This document shows, one piece after another, positions 9,413 through 18,373 of a DNA stretch of 40,754 bases; position 1 is the first letter of the stretch, and every line of letters starts with the position of its first letter. Under the pieces are notes generated by a model. That model saw only the letters and a list, made by a program, of their open reading frames with translations, was not told where the DNA came from and made no database searches. The stretch is taken from assembly GCA_964614545.1 (NCBI GenBank), contig CAZTPE010000001.1:1-40754 (forward strand), given 5' to 3'. This DNA comes from an uncultured Ectothiorhodospiraceae bacterium. GTDB lineage: Bacteria > Pseudomonadota > Gammaproteobacteria > SZUA-152. Made by a program: the position numbers and the translations under genes.

Positions 9413-9698
9413 GTGATGCGTTCCTCCTACTACGGATGGTTTTGGCAGTCCTTTATTGTATTGCCAATGGATGCCTGTGGCTGATTATTATGTAGTTAGC
9501 AGCATGGCCTCAGCCGTCTGCCGGGGTGTGCAATAGTTTTTACGGTGCGGTGACAGGCCGGGTGACCGCGAATTCATTTTAGGTGCGCTTACTTCGTGCC
9601 CATACGAACAGAAAGTCTTACATGTGAATGCGACCACTCACACTCCTCTAAAGGGGTATGTGTTGAATAGCGCTTACTTAAAGCTTAAGCCAAAAATA

Positions 9699-9790
9699 CC
9701 GTCATTCCGGGTTTCATGAAGTGAAGACCCGGGATCCAAAGTGCTTGAAACTATGTGCATTCTGGATTCCTGTCTTCGCGGGAATGACGG
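9699..9790. repeat. MITE-like element with GTCATTCC...GGAATGAC termini (copy 1 of a dRS3-like family)
   Basis: ccgtcattccgggt...acccgggat hairpin, then an internal segment agtgcttgaaactatgtgcattctgg shared with 24176-24202, then ATTCCT-N8-GGGAAT (9766-9785), ending in ggaatgacgg. Related copies lie at 24120-24226, 27048-27143 and 37358-37382. Confidence 0.7.
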
Positions 9791-9921
9791 TAGTCCACAA
9801 GTCTCCCGGGCTTGAGTAAGCATCATTCGAGTATGTGCTCGCTTGACTATGGGCTTCCCCGATATCTTTTAATTGGCCTGGGCCACTTGCTTTACTTCTA
9901 CCGCGAAACATCCGGGTTAAG

Positions 9922-9957
9922 AAAAAGGCCCGGGGAGAAATCCCACCGGGCCTTTTT
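9922..9957 (-). terminator. Rho-independent terminator after soxA
   Basis: aaaaaggcccgg-ggagaaatccca-ccgggccttttt: a GC-rich 7-bp stem flanked by an A-run and a T-run, 31 nt downstream of the soxA stop. Confidence 0.75.
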
Positions 9958-9987
9958 CATTGCAAACTACGGTGCTACGTAAACACC

Positions 9988-10824
9988 TTACTTACGAGCG
10001 CCGGGGCCATTCCAGGGAAGCCCGTTACTCATGTAAGTCATGAAGTACTCAAGATTACGGTACTCAGGGCTTTGCGCCTTGAAGGGTAATGCTCGCACCT
10101 GCTTGTTACAACCCGAAAAACGGCGGTGGACGGTGCCCAGACTGCCCCACTTCGAACGGTAAACCGGGAAGTGCGTGAGGTGGCCCAGTGCCGGGGATAG
10201 CAGGTCGGCGCGGATCTTGTTGCCGGAATTGTCGACGTGGCAATGTGCGCAGGACATGTTCAGCTGGCCGCGACGAGCGTAGAAGAAACGCTTGCCATCT
10301 TCGTAAGCGTCACGAGCGCGCTGGTCAAATGGGATCTTGATGTCGACGACTTGACCCCGGGTCGTATAGGCCATGTAGGCAACCAGTGAGGCGAGCTCCC
10401 CCTTCTTGTACTTGAGGGTTTTTTCGCCATTCTTAGTGCGACATTCATTGATCGCTGATGCCAGGGTTTCCACGCGGCCTTTCTCAGTGTCGTAATAGGG
10501 ATAGTCGCTCTTGACACCAATGCCGCCATTGCGGAAACAGCTGGCGTAGGTCTTGCCATTCTTGAAGGGGGTGTTGAACATTTCTTCACCTTCCTCAACG
10601 GCGATTTCGTAGGGTGGGAATTCCTCGATCGCTTCCCACTGTTCACGTGAAGCCTTGTCAATGGCATAGACACCATTGGCAAATTCTTCCAGTGGTACAT
10701 TAGGAAAACGTTCCAGGAAGTATCCCTGAAATGCCTTAAGGTCATCCTCCGGGCTTGCTTGGCTGATCAGCGGGGCTGCGCCCAGGACGCCAACAGCCGC
10801 TGTAATCAAAAGCAGTTTCTTCAT
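9988..10824 (-). CDS. soxA: SoxA cytochrome c subunit of the SoxAX complex (single-haem type)
   Basis: Track ORF 9988-10842. The ATG at 10824 follows a GGAGGA RBS and gives the signal peptide MKKLLLITAAVGVLGAAPLISQA. There is one CxxCH (SCAHCH) plus the conserved Cys in RRFSGCNKQ. The position of the first haem motif reads ASCF. Confidence 0.9.
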   Translation of the reverse strand: MKKLLLITAAVGVLGAAPLISQASPEDDLKAFQGYFLERFPNVPLEEFANGVYAIDKASREQWEAIEEFPPYEIAVEEGEEMFNTPFKNGKTYASCFRNGGIGVKSDYPYYDTEKGRVETLASAINECRTKNGEKTLKYKKGELASLVAYMAYTTRGQVVDIKIPFDQRARDAYEDGKRFFYARRGQLNMSCAHCHVDNSGNKIRADLLSPALGHLTHFPVYRSKWGSLGTVHRRFSGCNKQVRALPFKAQSPEYRNLEYFMTYMSNGLPWNGPGARK

Positions 10825-10902
10825 CAGTGTTCCTCCATCCATATCGACAGTGCCTGCCTGCAGGCAGTGTTTCGTTAGCCTAATTGTTGTTGGCAGTATG
10901 CG

Positions 10903-11220
10903 TTATCCGATCTTGGCTTCAGCGGATGCGCTTTCACCTTTGTTATCGATCCAGCTAACTTTGATTGTGTCGCCCTTGGCGGCACCGGTAAATTTGAATG
11001 CCAGGTAGGGGTTCTTGGAAATGGCAACCCCCCAGTGAGCAACCAGTACCTGGGTGCCCTTATGCTCACAGGTGACATCCTGAATGAAGTGTGCGGGAAT
11101 CTTTTCGCCCGTTTTTTTGTTTTTACGCAGACCGGTTTCCATCGGGTGGCTCATCAGCGCCTTTATTTCAGTCACGTCGCCCTTCATTTTGGCGCGGATG
11201 CGAATTTTCTTCTTGGCCAT
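10903..11220 (-). CDS. soxZ: Sulfur carrier complex subunit SoxZ
   Basis: 105 aa, MAKKKIRIRAKMKGDVTEIKALMSHPMETG...; typical SoxZ size and sequence, directly downstream of soxY. Confidence 0.9.
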   Translation of the reverse strand: MAKKKIRIRAKMKGDVTEIKALMSHPMETGLRKNKKTGEKIPAHFIQDVTCEHKGTQVLVAHWGVAISKNPYLAFKFTGAAKGDTIKVSWIDNKGESASAEAKIG

Positions 11221-11266
11221 TCTCTTTTCCTCAAACGGTTAACTTGTCAGGTGTTGTGGATGTGGC

Positions 11267-11731
11267 TTAACCGCCGCAGCCGCCGATAGTGACTTTAATC
11301 ATCTTCTTGGCGCTGTACAGTTTGCCGCCGGATTTAACGACGGCAATGAGGTCAGAGGTCTTGCCCATTTTGACACGACAGGAAATGAAGCCTTGCGTTG
11401 TGGGGCCCAGGTCATAACTGCTAGCCAGGGGTATGGGATTCTTCTCAATGAAGATGGCGATGGATTCCACGCCGGACATGCCGGTGGAAATGGTGATGGG
11501 GACAACCGCGCCATTTTCTGCGATATCCGGTGCCTTGATCTTGATATCGCCACTTTCGATGACGTCGGAGGAGCCAAGGGCCGCCTCCATGCCGCCGTCG
11601 ACACTCTTTGCCTCGAAGGCGGCTTTAGGCCATGCGGCCAGTACGCTCTGCGGGGTCAGTAAACCTGCGCCGGCGGCAATCCCCAGCATGCTGCTGGCAA
11701 CGGTGCCCTTCAGGAAGCTTCTGCGTTTCAT
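11267..11731 (-). CDS. soxY: Sulfur carrier protein SoxY
   Basis: 154 aa. Tat signal MKRRSFLKG and the diagnostic C-terminal swinging arm ending VTIGGCGG. Confidence 0.95.
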   Translation of the reverse strand: MKRRSFLKGTVASSMLGIAAGAGLLTPQSVLAAWPKAAFEAKSVDGGMEAALGSSDVIESGDIKIKAPDIAENGAVVPITISTGMSGVESIAIFIEKNPIPLASSYDLGPTTQGFISCRVKMGKTSDLIAVVKSGGKLYSAKKMIKVTIGGCGG

Positions 11732-11780
11732 AATAGAGTGATCTCCTTCTAGCTTTAACCTTTAACAAGTGACCCGTCGA

Positions 11781-12155
11781 TTAACGTGTGTAGATAAATT
11801 CTACAACCTTATCGAGTTCTTCTTCGGTCAGAATTTTGTGTTTGCCGTAGGGGGGCATAATGGTGTAGGGGTTGATCTTGGTGGCGTCCCAGATCTGGTC
11901 ACGCAGGTCTTTTTTGTCGGGATAACGGTCAGCCATATTCACCAGGGCAGGGCCGATGTTGCCTTCCAGTGTGCCGTCCTTCATTTTGTGACAGGCTAGG
12001 CAGTTGCCTTTTTTTCGGTTGAAGGCAATGGCCTTTCCTTCCTCCACTACCGAGGCCCCTTTGGCAAGGGCAGCCTGGGGGGCAATGGCGAAACTGCCGA
12101 GCATCAAGGCCAGGGTACCGGCCGCTGCCAGTGTACTATTCGCGGATTTCCGCAT
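11781..12155 (-). CDS. soxX: SoxX monohaem cytochrome c subunit of SoxAX
   Basis: 124 aa. Signal peptide, single CLACH haem motif, AAGGAGGA RBS, first gene of soxXYZA. Confidence 0.85.
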   Translation of the reverse strand: MRKSANSTLAAAGTLALMLGSFAIAPQAALAKGASVVEEGKAIAFNRKKGNCLACHKMKDGTLEGNIGPALVNMADRYPDKKDLRDQIWDATKINPYTIMPPYGKHKILTEEELDKVVEFIYTR

Positions 12156-12400
12156 TGCTGCTTCCTCCTTCTTTTATTAGAAATATAAGTTATTTTTCGC
12201 TGGGTATTTAATTCTTATATGACGACTGTACGTCGATTTTATTCCTTTGCAGGAAACGTCCACATCGTGTCAGTCCGTTGAGAGAATCCTGAACGCCAAG
12301 GACTCTTATACCAGAATTGACGGACAGCACAACAGGTCGGCTGAAAAAATGCGGGGATGGTGTGGGGGATATAAATGGCTGTTTTCCGCAGTGCCTGGTA

Positions 12401-13858
12401 CTAATGCTTCTTGTTGCCGTCAGCCTGGCCTGTCTGAACTTCCTTCTTCCAGGCTGCAAGCCTGGCCTGCATGGCTAATTGTTCGTACTGGTTTTTGGTG
12501 CCTTGCTCAATGGCCTGGTTCAGGTAGGTGATGGCTTGCACCGTATTGCCATCTATGTACTGTAATTCGGCCAGTGACTGGTAGGCATCGGCATAGCGGC
12601 GAGCCATTTTGGCGGCCTGAAAGTGGAGGGCATACAGCCTGCGCTCAGGCCGGTAGCGAAGCTGCTGTTCCAGCAGTGCGCTCGCCTCGGTGGCATTGCC
12701 TTCCTTGAGCAGGGTTTCCGCCAGCATTTCTGTCAATGGCAGGTTGTTGGGGAACAGAATAAGGGCGGAGGCGAGCACCTTGTGTGCGGCCCGTGGTTTA
12801 TCCGCAGCCAGCTCGATTTCGGCGGCGGTCAGGTGATACAGCACGCGTTGGGTATCATTTTTCAACAACTGCCGTATGGCATTTCTTGCCTTATCGTATT
12901 GCTTCTCTGACAGCCAGCTCAATGCCTGCCGGTACTGGATGGCGGCTTGTGGTATTTCGTCCGCCGTTTTCTGTCGCTGCAGATAAATGCTGTCGCCACT
13001 GAGAACCTTCACGCGCGCCTTGATAAGTTGAAAGGTCAGGTCGTCGCCCTTGCTGCCGGTGGCTATTTGCTCTGCGCGGTTACGCGCGTCGGCGATGCGG
13101 GAAAGGGTGAGCGGGTGGGTTTGCAGCAGTTCCAGCGCGCGCAGGCCGGCGTAGCGGTTGGCGGACTGCAGGGTCTCAAAGAAACTGACCATCTGGCGGG
13201 GATCAAAACCCGCCCGGGACATCATGGTGATACCCACCCGGTCCGCCTCCTGCTCATGCATGCGCGAGTAGCTGAGCTGCTGCTGGACGGAACCGGCCAT
13301 GGCGCCGGTCAGCACGGCTTCACCGGCTTGCGGATTCTGGCTGCCGATAAGGATGGCGGCGATCATGGCGGCAATGGTGGCGATTTCCACTCGCTGGCCG
13401 GCTTCAAATGAGCGTACCAGGTGACGCTGTACCACGTGTGACAACTCATGGGCCAGCACTGATACCAGTTCGCCCTCGGTGCGGGCGGAGAGGATCAGCC
13501 CGGCGTGTACGCCGATATAGCCTCCCGGTCCGGCAAAGGCATTGATCGACGGGTCGTTGATGAGAAAGAAGGTGACCTTCTGCTCATGGCCGTCGACCTG
13601 CGAAATCAAGCGTTCGCCAAGATTTTGCAGATAGGCGGTGACGGCGGGATCGTCGAGGATATCCAATGAGCGGCGTACGCTACGCATGAACTCCCGGCCG
13701 ATCAGTCGTTCCTGTTCCGGGGTGATCAGATTACCGCCGGCGTCGCCGATATCCGGCAGGCTCAGGGGCGTCGTCTCGGCGGCCCTGGCCTCGTAAAAAG
13801 GGGAAATGCACGCTGTAATAAAGGCAAGAAGAAACAGAAGGATGGATCGAAGTTGCAT
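12401..13858 (-). CDS. bepA: Periplasmic M48 metalloprotease with TPR domain (BepA/YfgC-like)
   Basis: HELSHVVQRH zinc motif with a downstream glutamate region, and a C-terminal TPR-like half. The ATG at 13858 gives the signal peptide MQLRSILLFLLAFITACISPFYEARA. The track ORF extends to 13930. Confidence 0.8.
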   Translation of the reverse strand: MQLRSILLFLLAFITACISPFYEARAAETTPLSLPDIGDAGGNLITPEQERLIGREFMRSVRRSLDILDDPAVTAYLQNLGERLISQVDGHEQKVTFFLINDPSINAFAGPGGYIGVHAGLILSARTEGELVSVLAHELSHVVQRHLVRSFEAGQRVEIATIAAMIAAILIGSQNPQAGEAVLTGAMAGSVQQQLSYSRMHEQEADRVGITMMSRAGFDPRQMVSFFETLQSANRYAGLRALELLQTHPLTLSRIADARNRAEQIATGSKGDDLTFQLIKARVKVLSGDSIYLQRQKTADEIPQAAIQYRQALSWLSEKQYDKARNAIRQLLKNDTQRVLYHLTAAEIELAADKPRAAHKVLASALILFPNNLPLTEMLAETLLKEGNATEASALLEQQLRYRPERRLYALHFQAAKMARRYADAYQSLAELQYIDGNTVQAITYLNQAIEQGTKNQYEQLAMQARLAAWKKEVQTGQADGNKKH

Positions 13859-14258
13859 CGGCTGAGGTAAATGGGATGCCCGTGCTTGGGGGAGTCGAGT
13901 GTAGTGTGAATCCTGTTTGATGGCGAGCATTCCTTATCGAGAGAATGGATATGAATATCAGATAATCAAAAAAATATGCGTGGCCTGACTATGCACATAC
14001 TGCAGGTTTTCCATGAATGATCCGATACACGTCTAAGATTGCCAGCCTGTGATTTTGTTCACTCAAGGCAGGGGAGTTCGGGTTGCATTTTCACCGGCTT
14101 TGGAATATAAGTTGACAATTGAATTCTAATAAAGGTTCCACAACCGCCGCTGGGACTCTGTCGGATTCAGGCGCTCATTGCGTTAGAGAAGGCTGGCTGA
14201 GCAGGCCAGTCCAGAATACGGCAGGCCTCTGGCACAACAACCATCGAAGGAGTTTGAA

Positions 14259-14489
14259 ATGGCTGATTTTGATCAAGAACTGGATGCATCCGGCCTTAAT
14301 TGCCCGTTGCCGATTCTGCGTGCCAAAAAGGCACTGGCAGCCCTGAGCGCAGGTCAGGTTCTGCATATTATCGCCACCGACCCCGGTTCCGTGAAGGACT
14401 TCGAAGCCTTTGCCAAGCAGACCGGTAATGAGCTGGTGGAGTCCCGCGAGGAAGGCGGCAAGTTCCACTTCCTGATGAAAAAGAACTAA
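14259..14489 (+). CDS. tusA: TusA-family sulfurtransferase
   Basis: 76 aa with the active-site motif DASGLNCPLPILRAKKAL (CPxP). AAGGAG RBS at 14240-14245. Confidence 0.85.
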   Translation: MADFDQELDASGLNCPLPILRAKKALAALSAGQVLHIIATDPGSVKDFEAFAKQTGNELVESREEGGKFHFLMKKN

Positions 14490-14525
14490 CAGGACAGGCC
14501 TGACCTGCTCCGGAGGGGGGATATT

Positions 14526-14993
14526 ATGTCTGAAAAGAAGTTGGCGATTATTGCAACCAAGGGCAGCCTGGACTGGGCCTATCCGCCCTTCATTCTGGCT
14601 TCCACGGCCGCCGCACTGGGTTACGAGGTGGAGATCTTCTGCACTTTCTATGGTCTGCAACTGCTGCGCAAGAAAATGGATCTCAAGGTGACCTCACTGG
14701 GCAACCCCGGCATGCCCATGCCGATGCCCATGCCGGTACTGCTGCAGGCGTTGCCGGGCATGCAATCCATGATGACCATGATGATGAAGCAGAAGATGAA
14801 GTCCAAGGGCGTCGCCAGTCTCGAAGAGCTGCGTGAGCTGTGCATCGAGGCCGAGGTCAGACTGGTTGCCTGTCAGATGACGGTGGATCTGTTTGATTTC
14901 GATACCAGCGACTTTATCGATGGTATCGAATACGGTGGCGCAGCGACATTCTTCGAGTTTGCGGGTGAGTCGGATATCACACTGTTTGTTTGA
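14526..14993 (+). CDS. dsrE2: DsrE/DsrF-like family protein, DsrE2 type (COG2210)
   Basis: 155 aa. N-terminus KLAIIATKGSLDWAYPPFILASTAAALG, conserved Cys in LVACQMT, 36 nt downstream of tusA. From memory, the tusA-dsrE2 pairing is known from Allochromatium-type sulfur oxidisers. It contains a Met-rich insert (see findings). Confidence 0.7.
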   Translation: MSEKKLAIIATKGSLDWAYPPFILASTAAALGYEVEIFCTFYGLQLLRKKMDLKVTSLGNPGMPMPMPMPVLLQALPGMQSMMTMMMKQKMKSKGVASLEELRELCIEAEVRLVACQMTVDLFDFDTSDFIDGIEYGGAATFFEFAGESDITLFV

Positions 14994-15010
14994 ACGTTGT
15001 TTATGGGTTT

Positions 15011-15046
15011 AAAAAAGGGGCAGTTCCGAGGAACTGCCCCTTTTTC
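15011..15046. terminator. Bidirectional rho-independent terminator between dsrE2 (+) and the FadL-family gene (-)
   Basis: aaaaaaggggcagttc-cgag-gaactgcccctttttc: a perfect 10-bp stem flanked by an A-run and a T-run. Confidence 0.85.
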
Positions 15047-15083
15047 TTGCGTTGAATGGCGGGCGGTTATGTCCAGTGTGAGC

Positions 15084-16376
15084 TTAGAGCGACCAGACAA
15101 CCTGGGCGCTGAGAATATCCACGGAGCTTTCGTATGAGCCTTTTAGAAGGTCTCCAGTGGCTCCCCTGCGATCAATCTCTGCGTCCTTAACAAACAGGTG
15201 TGCGTAGCCAAAGTCAAAGGCGAGGCTCTTTGACATCTGGTAACCCAGTCCCAGCGCCAGCCAGGTGCGATCATTTCCCGGGATGCGAGCAGCGCGCAGT
15301 TCCGCACTGGGAACGACGGTTTCGTCATAGGCCACGCCGGCGCGGTAGGTCCAGGTCTGGTTGGGGGTGAAGTTGACACCCACCGAGTAGCGGTTGTTGT
15401 CTTCCCATTCGTTTTCCTCCACGGACGGCGTTCTGCCGTTGTCGTACTCTATTTTCATCTCCTGGTAGCTGCTCCATCCGGTGCGGGTGAAATCTGCCAG
15501 TACTGCCCAGGCATCAGTGAACTGATGGAACAGGCTCAGGGACAGGGTGCTTGGCAGGTCGATGTCCGCGCTAACGCCCTGGTCGATGAAGGCCGCTGCC
15601 AGACTTGGAATCCCCTGAGCTGCTGCTGGCAGGGTAAAGTCCGCATCGCCGTCCAGGGAGTGCTTGACCTGGGAACGGTAAGCCAGACCCACGCGGGTGG
15701 CCTCGGTGGGGGCGAACAACACACCGAGGTTATAACCAAAGCCCCAACTGCTGCCCGAGACGTCAGCAAAGCCGTCGGTACCTGCGGGAAGTGCCCCCCC
15801 GGTGATCGCACTGAAATCTATTGCATTGGTCAGTTCGGCCTTGAAATACTGGATGTTCGCACCCAGTCCGACGGACCACTGCGGGTTGATCTTGAAGGCC
15901 AGGGATGGGTTGATGTTGATGGCCTCGACGGCCGACTTGATGGCCTGGTAGCGGCCCTGCCAGTCCTTGTCGTATTCCGTGGCCAGACCAAAGGGGACAT
16001 TGATGCCGAGACCAAATTTCATCTCGTTGTTAATGTCGGCGACGTAATAGAGGTTGGGAATCGCGCCCAGGTGGCCGGCATCCCCGCCATCGCCGCCACT
16101 GGTGCTGGAGCCGTCGTCGGTAAATTTGGTGGACGGCTTGATGAGGTGCAGCCCGGCAACGACCTGCTGGCCGTCGAGCAGGGTCATGCCGGCCGGATTG
16201 AAGAAAATCGTGCTGGCGTCCTCGGCGCTTGCCGCAGCGCCAGCATAGGCATTGCCGAGCCCGCTGACACTCTGTTCAATCAGTGAAAAACCGGCGGCGT
16301 GGCTGGTTGAAGAGCCGAGAGTGAGACCGGCCAAGGCGATGCCCACTAGCCCAGTGATGTGGATTGATTGCTTCAT
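15084..16376 (-). CDS. Outer-membrane hydrophobic-compound channel, FadL/OmpP1/TodX family
   Basis: 430 aa. Signal peptide ending SHA-AGFSLIEQSVSGLGNAYAGAAA (FadL-type N-terminal hatch), alternating beta-strand pattern, terminal aromatic (VVWSL). Confidence 0.85.
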   Translation of the reverse strand: MKQSIHITGLVGIALAGLTLGSSTSHAAGFSLIEQSVSGLGNAYAGAAASAEDASTIFFNPAGMTLLDGQQVVAGLHLIKPSTKFTDDGSSTSGGDGGDAGHLGAIPNLYYVADINNEMKFGLGINVPFGLATEYDKDWQGRYQAIKSAVEAININPSLAFKINPQWSVGLGANIQYFKAELTNAIDFSAITGGALPAGTDGFADVSGSSWGFGYNLGVLFAPTEATRVGLAYRSQVKHSLDGDADFTLPAAAQGIPSLAAAFIDQGVSADIDLPSTLSLSLFHQFTDAWAVLADFTRTGWSSYQEMKIEYDNGRTPSVEENEWEDNNRYSVGVNFTPNQTWTYRAGVAYDETVVPSAELRAARIPGNDRTWLALGLGYQMSKSLAFDFGYAHLFVKDAEIDRRGATGDLLKGSYESSVDILSAQVVWSL

Positions 16377-17046
16377 TGTCTGTAATCCTCCATGTTTGTT
16401 TTTCTTCAGGAAATTGGCTACGTCTCTATCATTACTGCCCAGTTATAAATTTCACTAAGTTAAAAAATCCTGAGTCCTTTAGTGAGTAAGGATGAATTTT
16501 AGTTATCGAGACAGCAATCTACCCTCAAAGGACACAAGGCTCAATAGTCGGAAAAAATGAACAAGCTGCGTGACCGGGCATTTTGCAACCCAGGAGTGGC
16601 TTGCCAATGCAATTGTTCTTACCTTGGTGGGCTGGGCTTTTACACTGTTAAGGGTGTCTGCCCGGCGATAAGGAATAGCCACAATAGATAACCCGGTTGC
16701 TTTCCGCACAATATTGTTTTGTTGGGGAAAACCCACTTTCTAGTGGCATTGTTCGAGATTAAAAGATGACTGCCTGAGCAGGAAAGCACCAGCCAAAGTC
16801 TGCTTATTGTTGAGTGGTGTATCTATACAATACAAATTTTCATGCTTCCTTGGGCTGGTGCCGGATAGATATGAGTACCCATAAATTAGAAGCTGCTAAT
16901 ATTCTGACTTACTGTTTTTTTATCGGTTCATATAATAATTCATCTAACGCTGATATTGACAAATCTTGGCCGTGCTCGCCACTATAGCCCAATTGTCTTA
17001 GGTGGCAGAGCGATATTTCCAGCAACACTCGAAGTAGGGGAAAACC

Positions 17047-18348
17047 ATGGAATATTCTAAAAAGAACTTAATTTCAGCTGCTGTGGCGGTTGCGTTGTGT
17101 GTGCCGATGGGTGCGTGGGCGACAAATGGCTACTTTGCTCATGGCTACGGTATCAAGGCGAAAGGTATGGGTGGAGCTGGTGTCGCTTATTCCCAGGATG
17201 CGTTGGCGGCAGCGACGAATCCGGCCGGTATGGTGATGGTTGGTAATCGCGTTGATTTTGGTCTGGAAGTCTTCATGCCGGATCGTGCAGCCCAAAGTAA
17301 TTTTGGGCCATCGCCAAATTCAGGTTCGGGTGATTGGTACGAAGGCAACGAAACCAAACTCTTTTACATTCCTGAATTTGGCTATAACAGAATGATCAAC
17401 AGCACGATGGCCGTCGGTGTCTCTGTGTATGGCAACGGTGGCATGAACACCGATTACAAAGAGGGTATCTATTCGAGCAATCCCCTTGGTTTGAATGATC
17501 AGTCGAGTACAGGCATCAATCTTGAGCAATTGTTTATTGCGCCAACCTTCTCGATGAAGATCAATGAACAACATTCTTTTGGTGTGTCGTTGAATCTCGC
17601 CTACCAACGCTTCGAAGCCACGGGCCTCAGTGATTTCTGCGGCTTTACCGATCCAGGCGGCCCGGCGGGTTGTGCCGACGGTACGGACGGTCTGTCTGAG
17701 CAAGGCACTGATTCTTCCACCGGCTGGGGTGTTCGCGTGGGCTGGGTCGGAAAGCTGAATGATATGATTTCTCTGGGGGCGACTTACCAGAGCGAGACCA
17801 AAATGAGCAAATTTGACAAGTATGACCAGCTCTTTGCGGAACAGGGTGGTTTCAATATTCCGGCAAACTACGCTCTCGGTATCGCAATTCATCCGACGCC
17901 CAAGACGACCGTGCTTTTGGATATCGAAGTGATCAAGTACGGTGACATCAAATCGATTGCCAATCCCAACAATGGTTGGTCGGGTGGCATATTGGGGACG
18001 GATAACGGGCCGGGATTCGGTTGGGATGACATGACCGTGTACAAGCTCGGTGTTCAGCACCAGATCAATAACGACGTAATCCTTCGTGCCGGCTTCAATT
18101 ATGGTGGGCAACCCATCTCCGAAAGCGAGACGCAGTTCAATGTGATTGCCCCGGGCATCGTTGAAAAACATCTGACCCTGGGTGGTACATGGACCCTGGC
18201 CAATGGGGGTGAGCTGTCCGGATATTACATGCACGCCTTTGAGGAGACCGTGAAGGGTGATAGCCCGGCGAACCCTCAGGATGCCGGTCATGGCAATCTG
18301 CGGATGAGTCAGGATGCCATCGGCATCGCTTACGGTTGGAAGTTCTAA
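17047..18348 (+). CDS. Second FadL/OmpP1/TodX-family outer-membrane channel (divergent paralogue)
   Basis: 433 aa. Signal peptide, then ATNGYFAHGYGIKAKGMGGAGVAYSQDALAAATNPAGM, beta-barrel pattern, C-terminal YGWKF. A+T-richer than the window average. Confidence 0.8.
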   Translation: MEYSKKNLISAAVAVALCVPMGAWATNGYFAHGYGIKAKGMGGAGVAYSQDALAAATNPAGMVMVGNRVDFGLEVFMPDRAAQSNFGPSPNSGSGDWYEGNETKLFYIPEFGYNRMINSTMAVGVSVYGNGGMNTDYKEGIYSSNPLGLNDQSSTGINLEQLFIAPTFSMKINEQHSFGVSLNLAYQRFEATGLSDFCGFTDPGGPAGCADGTDGLSEQGTDSSTGWGVRVGWVGKLNDMISLGATYQSETKMSKFDKYDQLFAEQGGFNIPANYALGIAIHPTPKTTVLLDIEVIKYGDIKSIANPNNGWSGGILGTDNGPGFGWDDMTVYKLGVQHQINNDVILRAGFNYGGQPISESETQFNVIAPGIVEKHLTLGGTWTLANGGELSGYYMHAFEETVKGDSPANPQDAGHGNLRMSQDAIGIAYGWKF

Positions 18349-18373
18349 GCTTCTCCCATCAGGAAGCAGCGAT

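Noticed and set aside
16483-16493. The 11-mer tgagtaaggat is shared between the FadL upstream region (16483-16493) and the MCP upstream region (32883-32893), so it could be a common regulatory motif.
   Set aside because: In a 40-kb window, on the order of a hundred or more exact 11-mer coincidences are expected by chance (roughly N squared / 2 / 4^11). No flanking similarity supports it.
17320-18291. 323-aa antisense ORF inside the A+T-richer second FadL gene; an open frame this long is less expected at this composition.
   Set aside because: No RBS or recognisable motifs. The sense strand encodes a complete FadL-type barrel with signal peptide and terminal aromatic. The Gly/Asn/Thr-rich barrel codons have complements that avoid stops.
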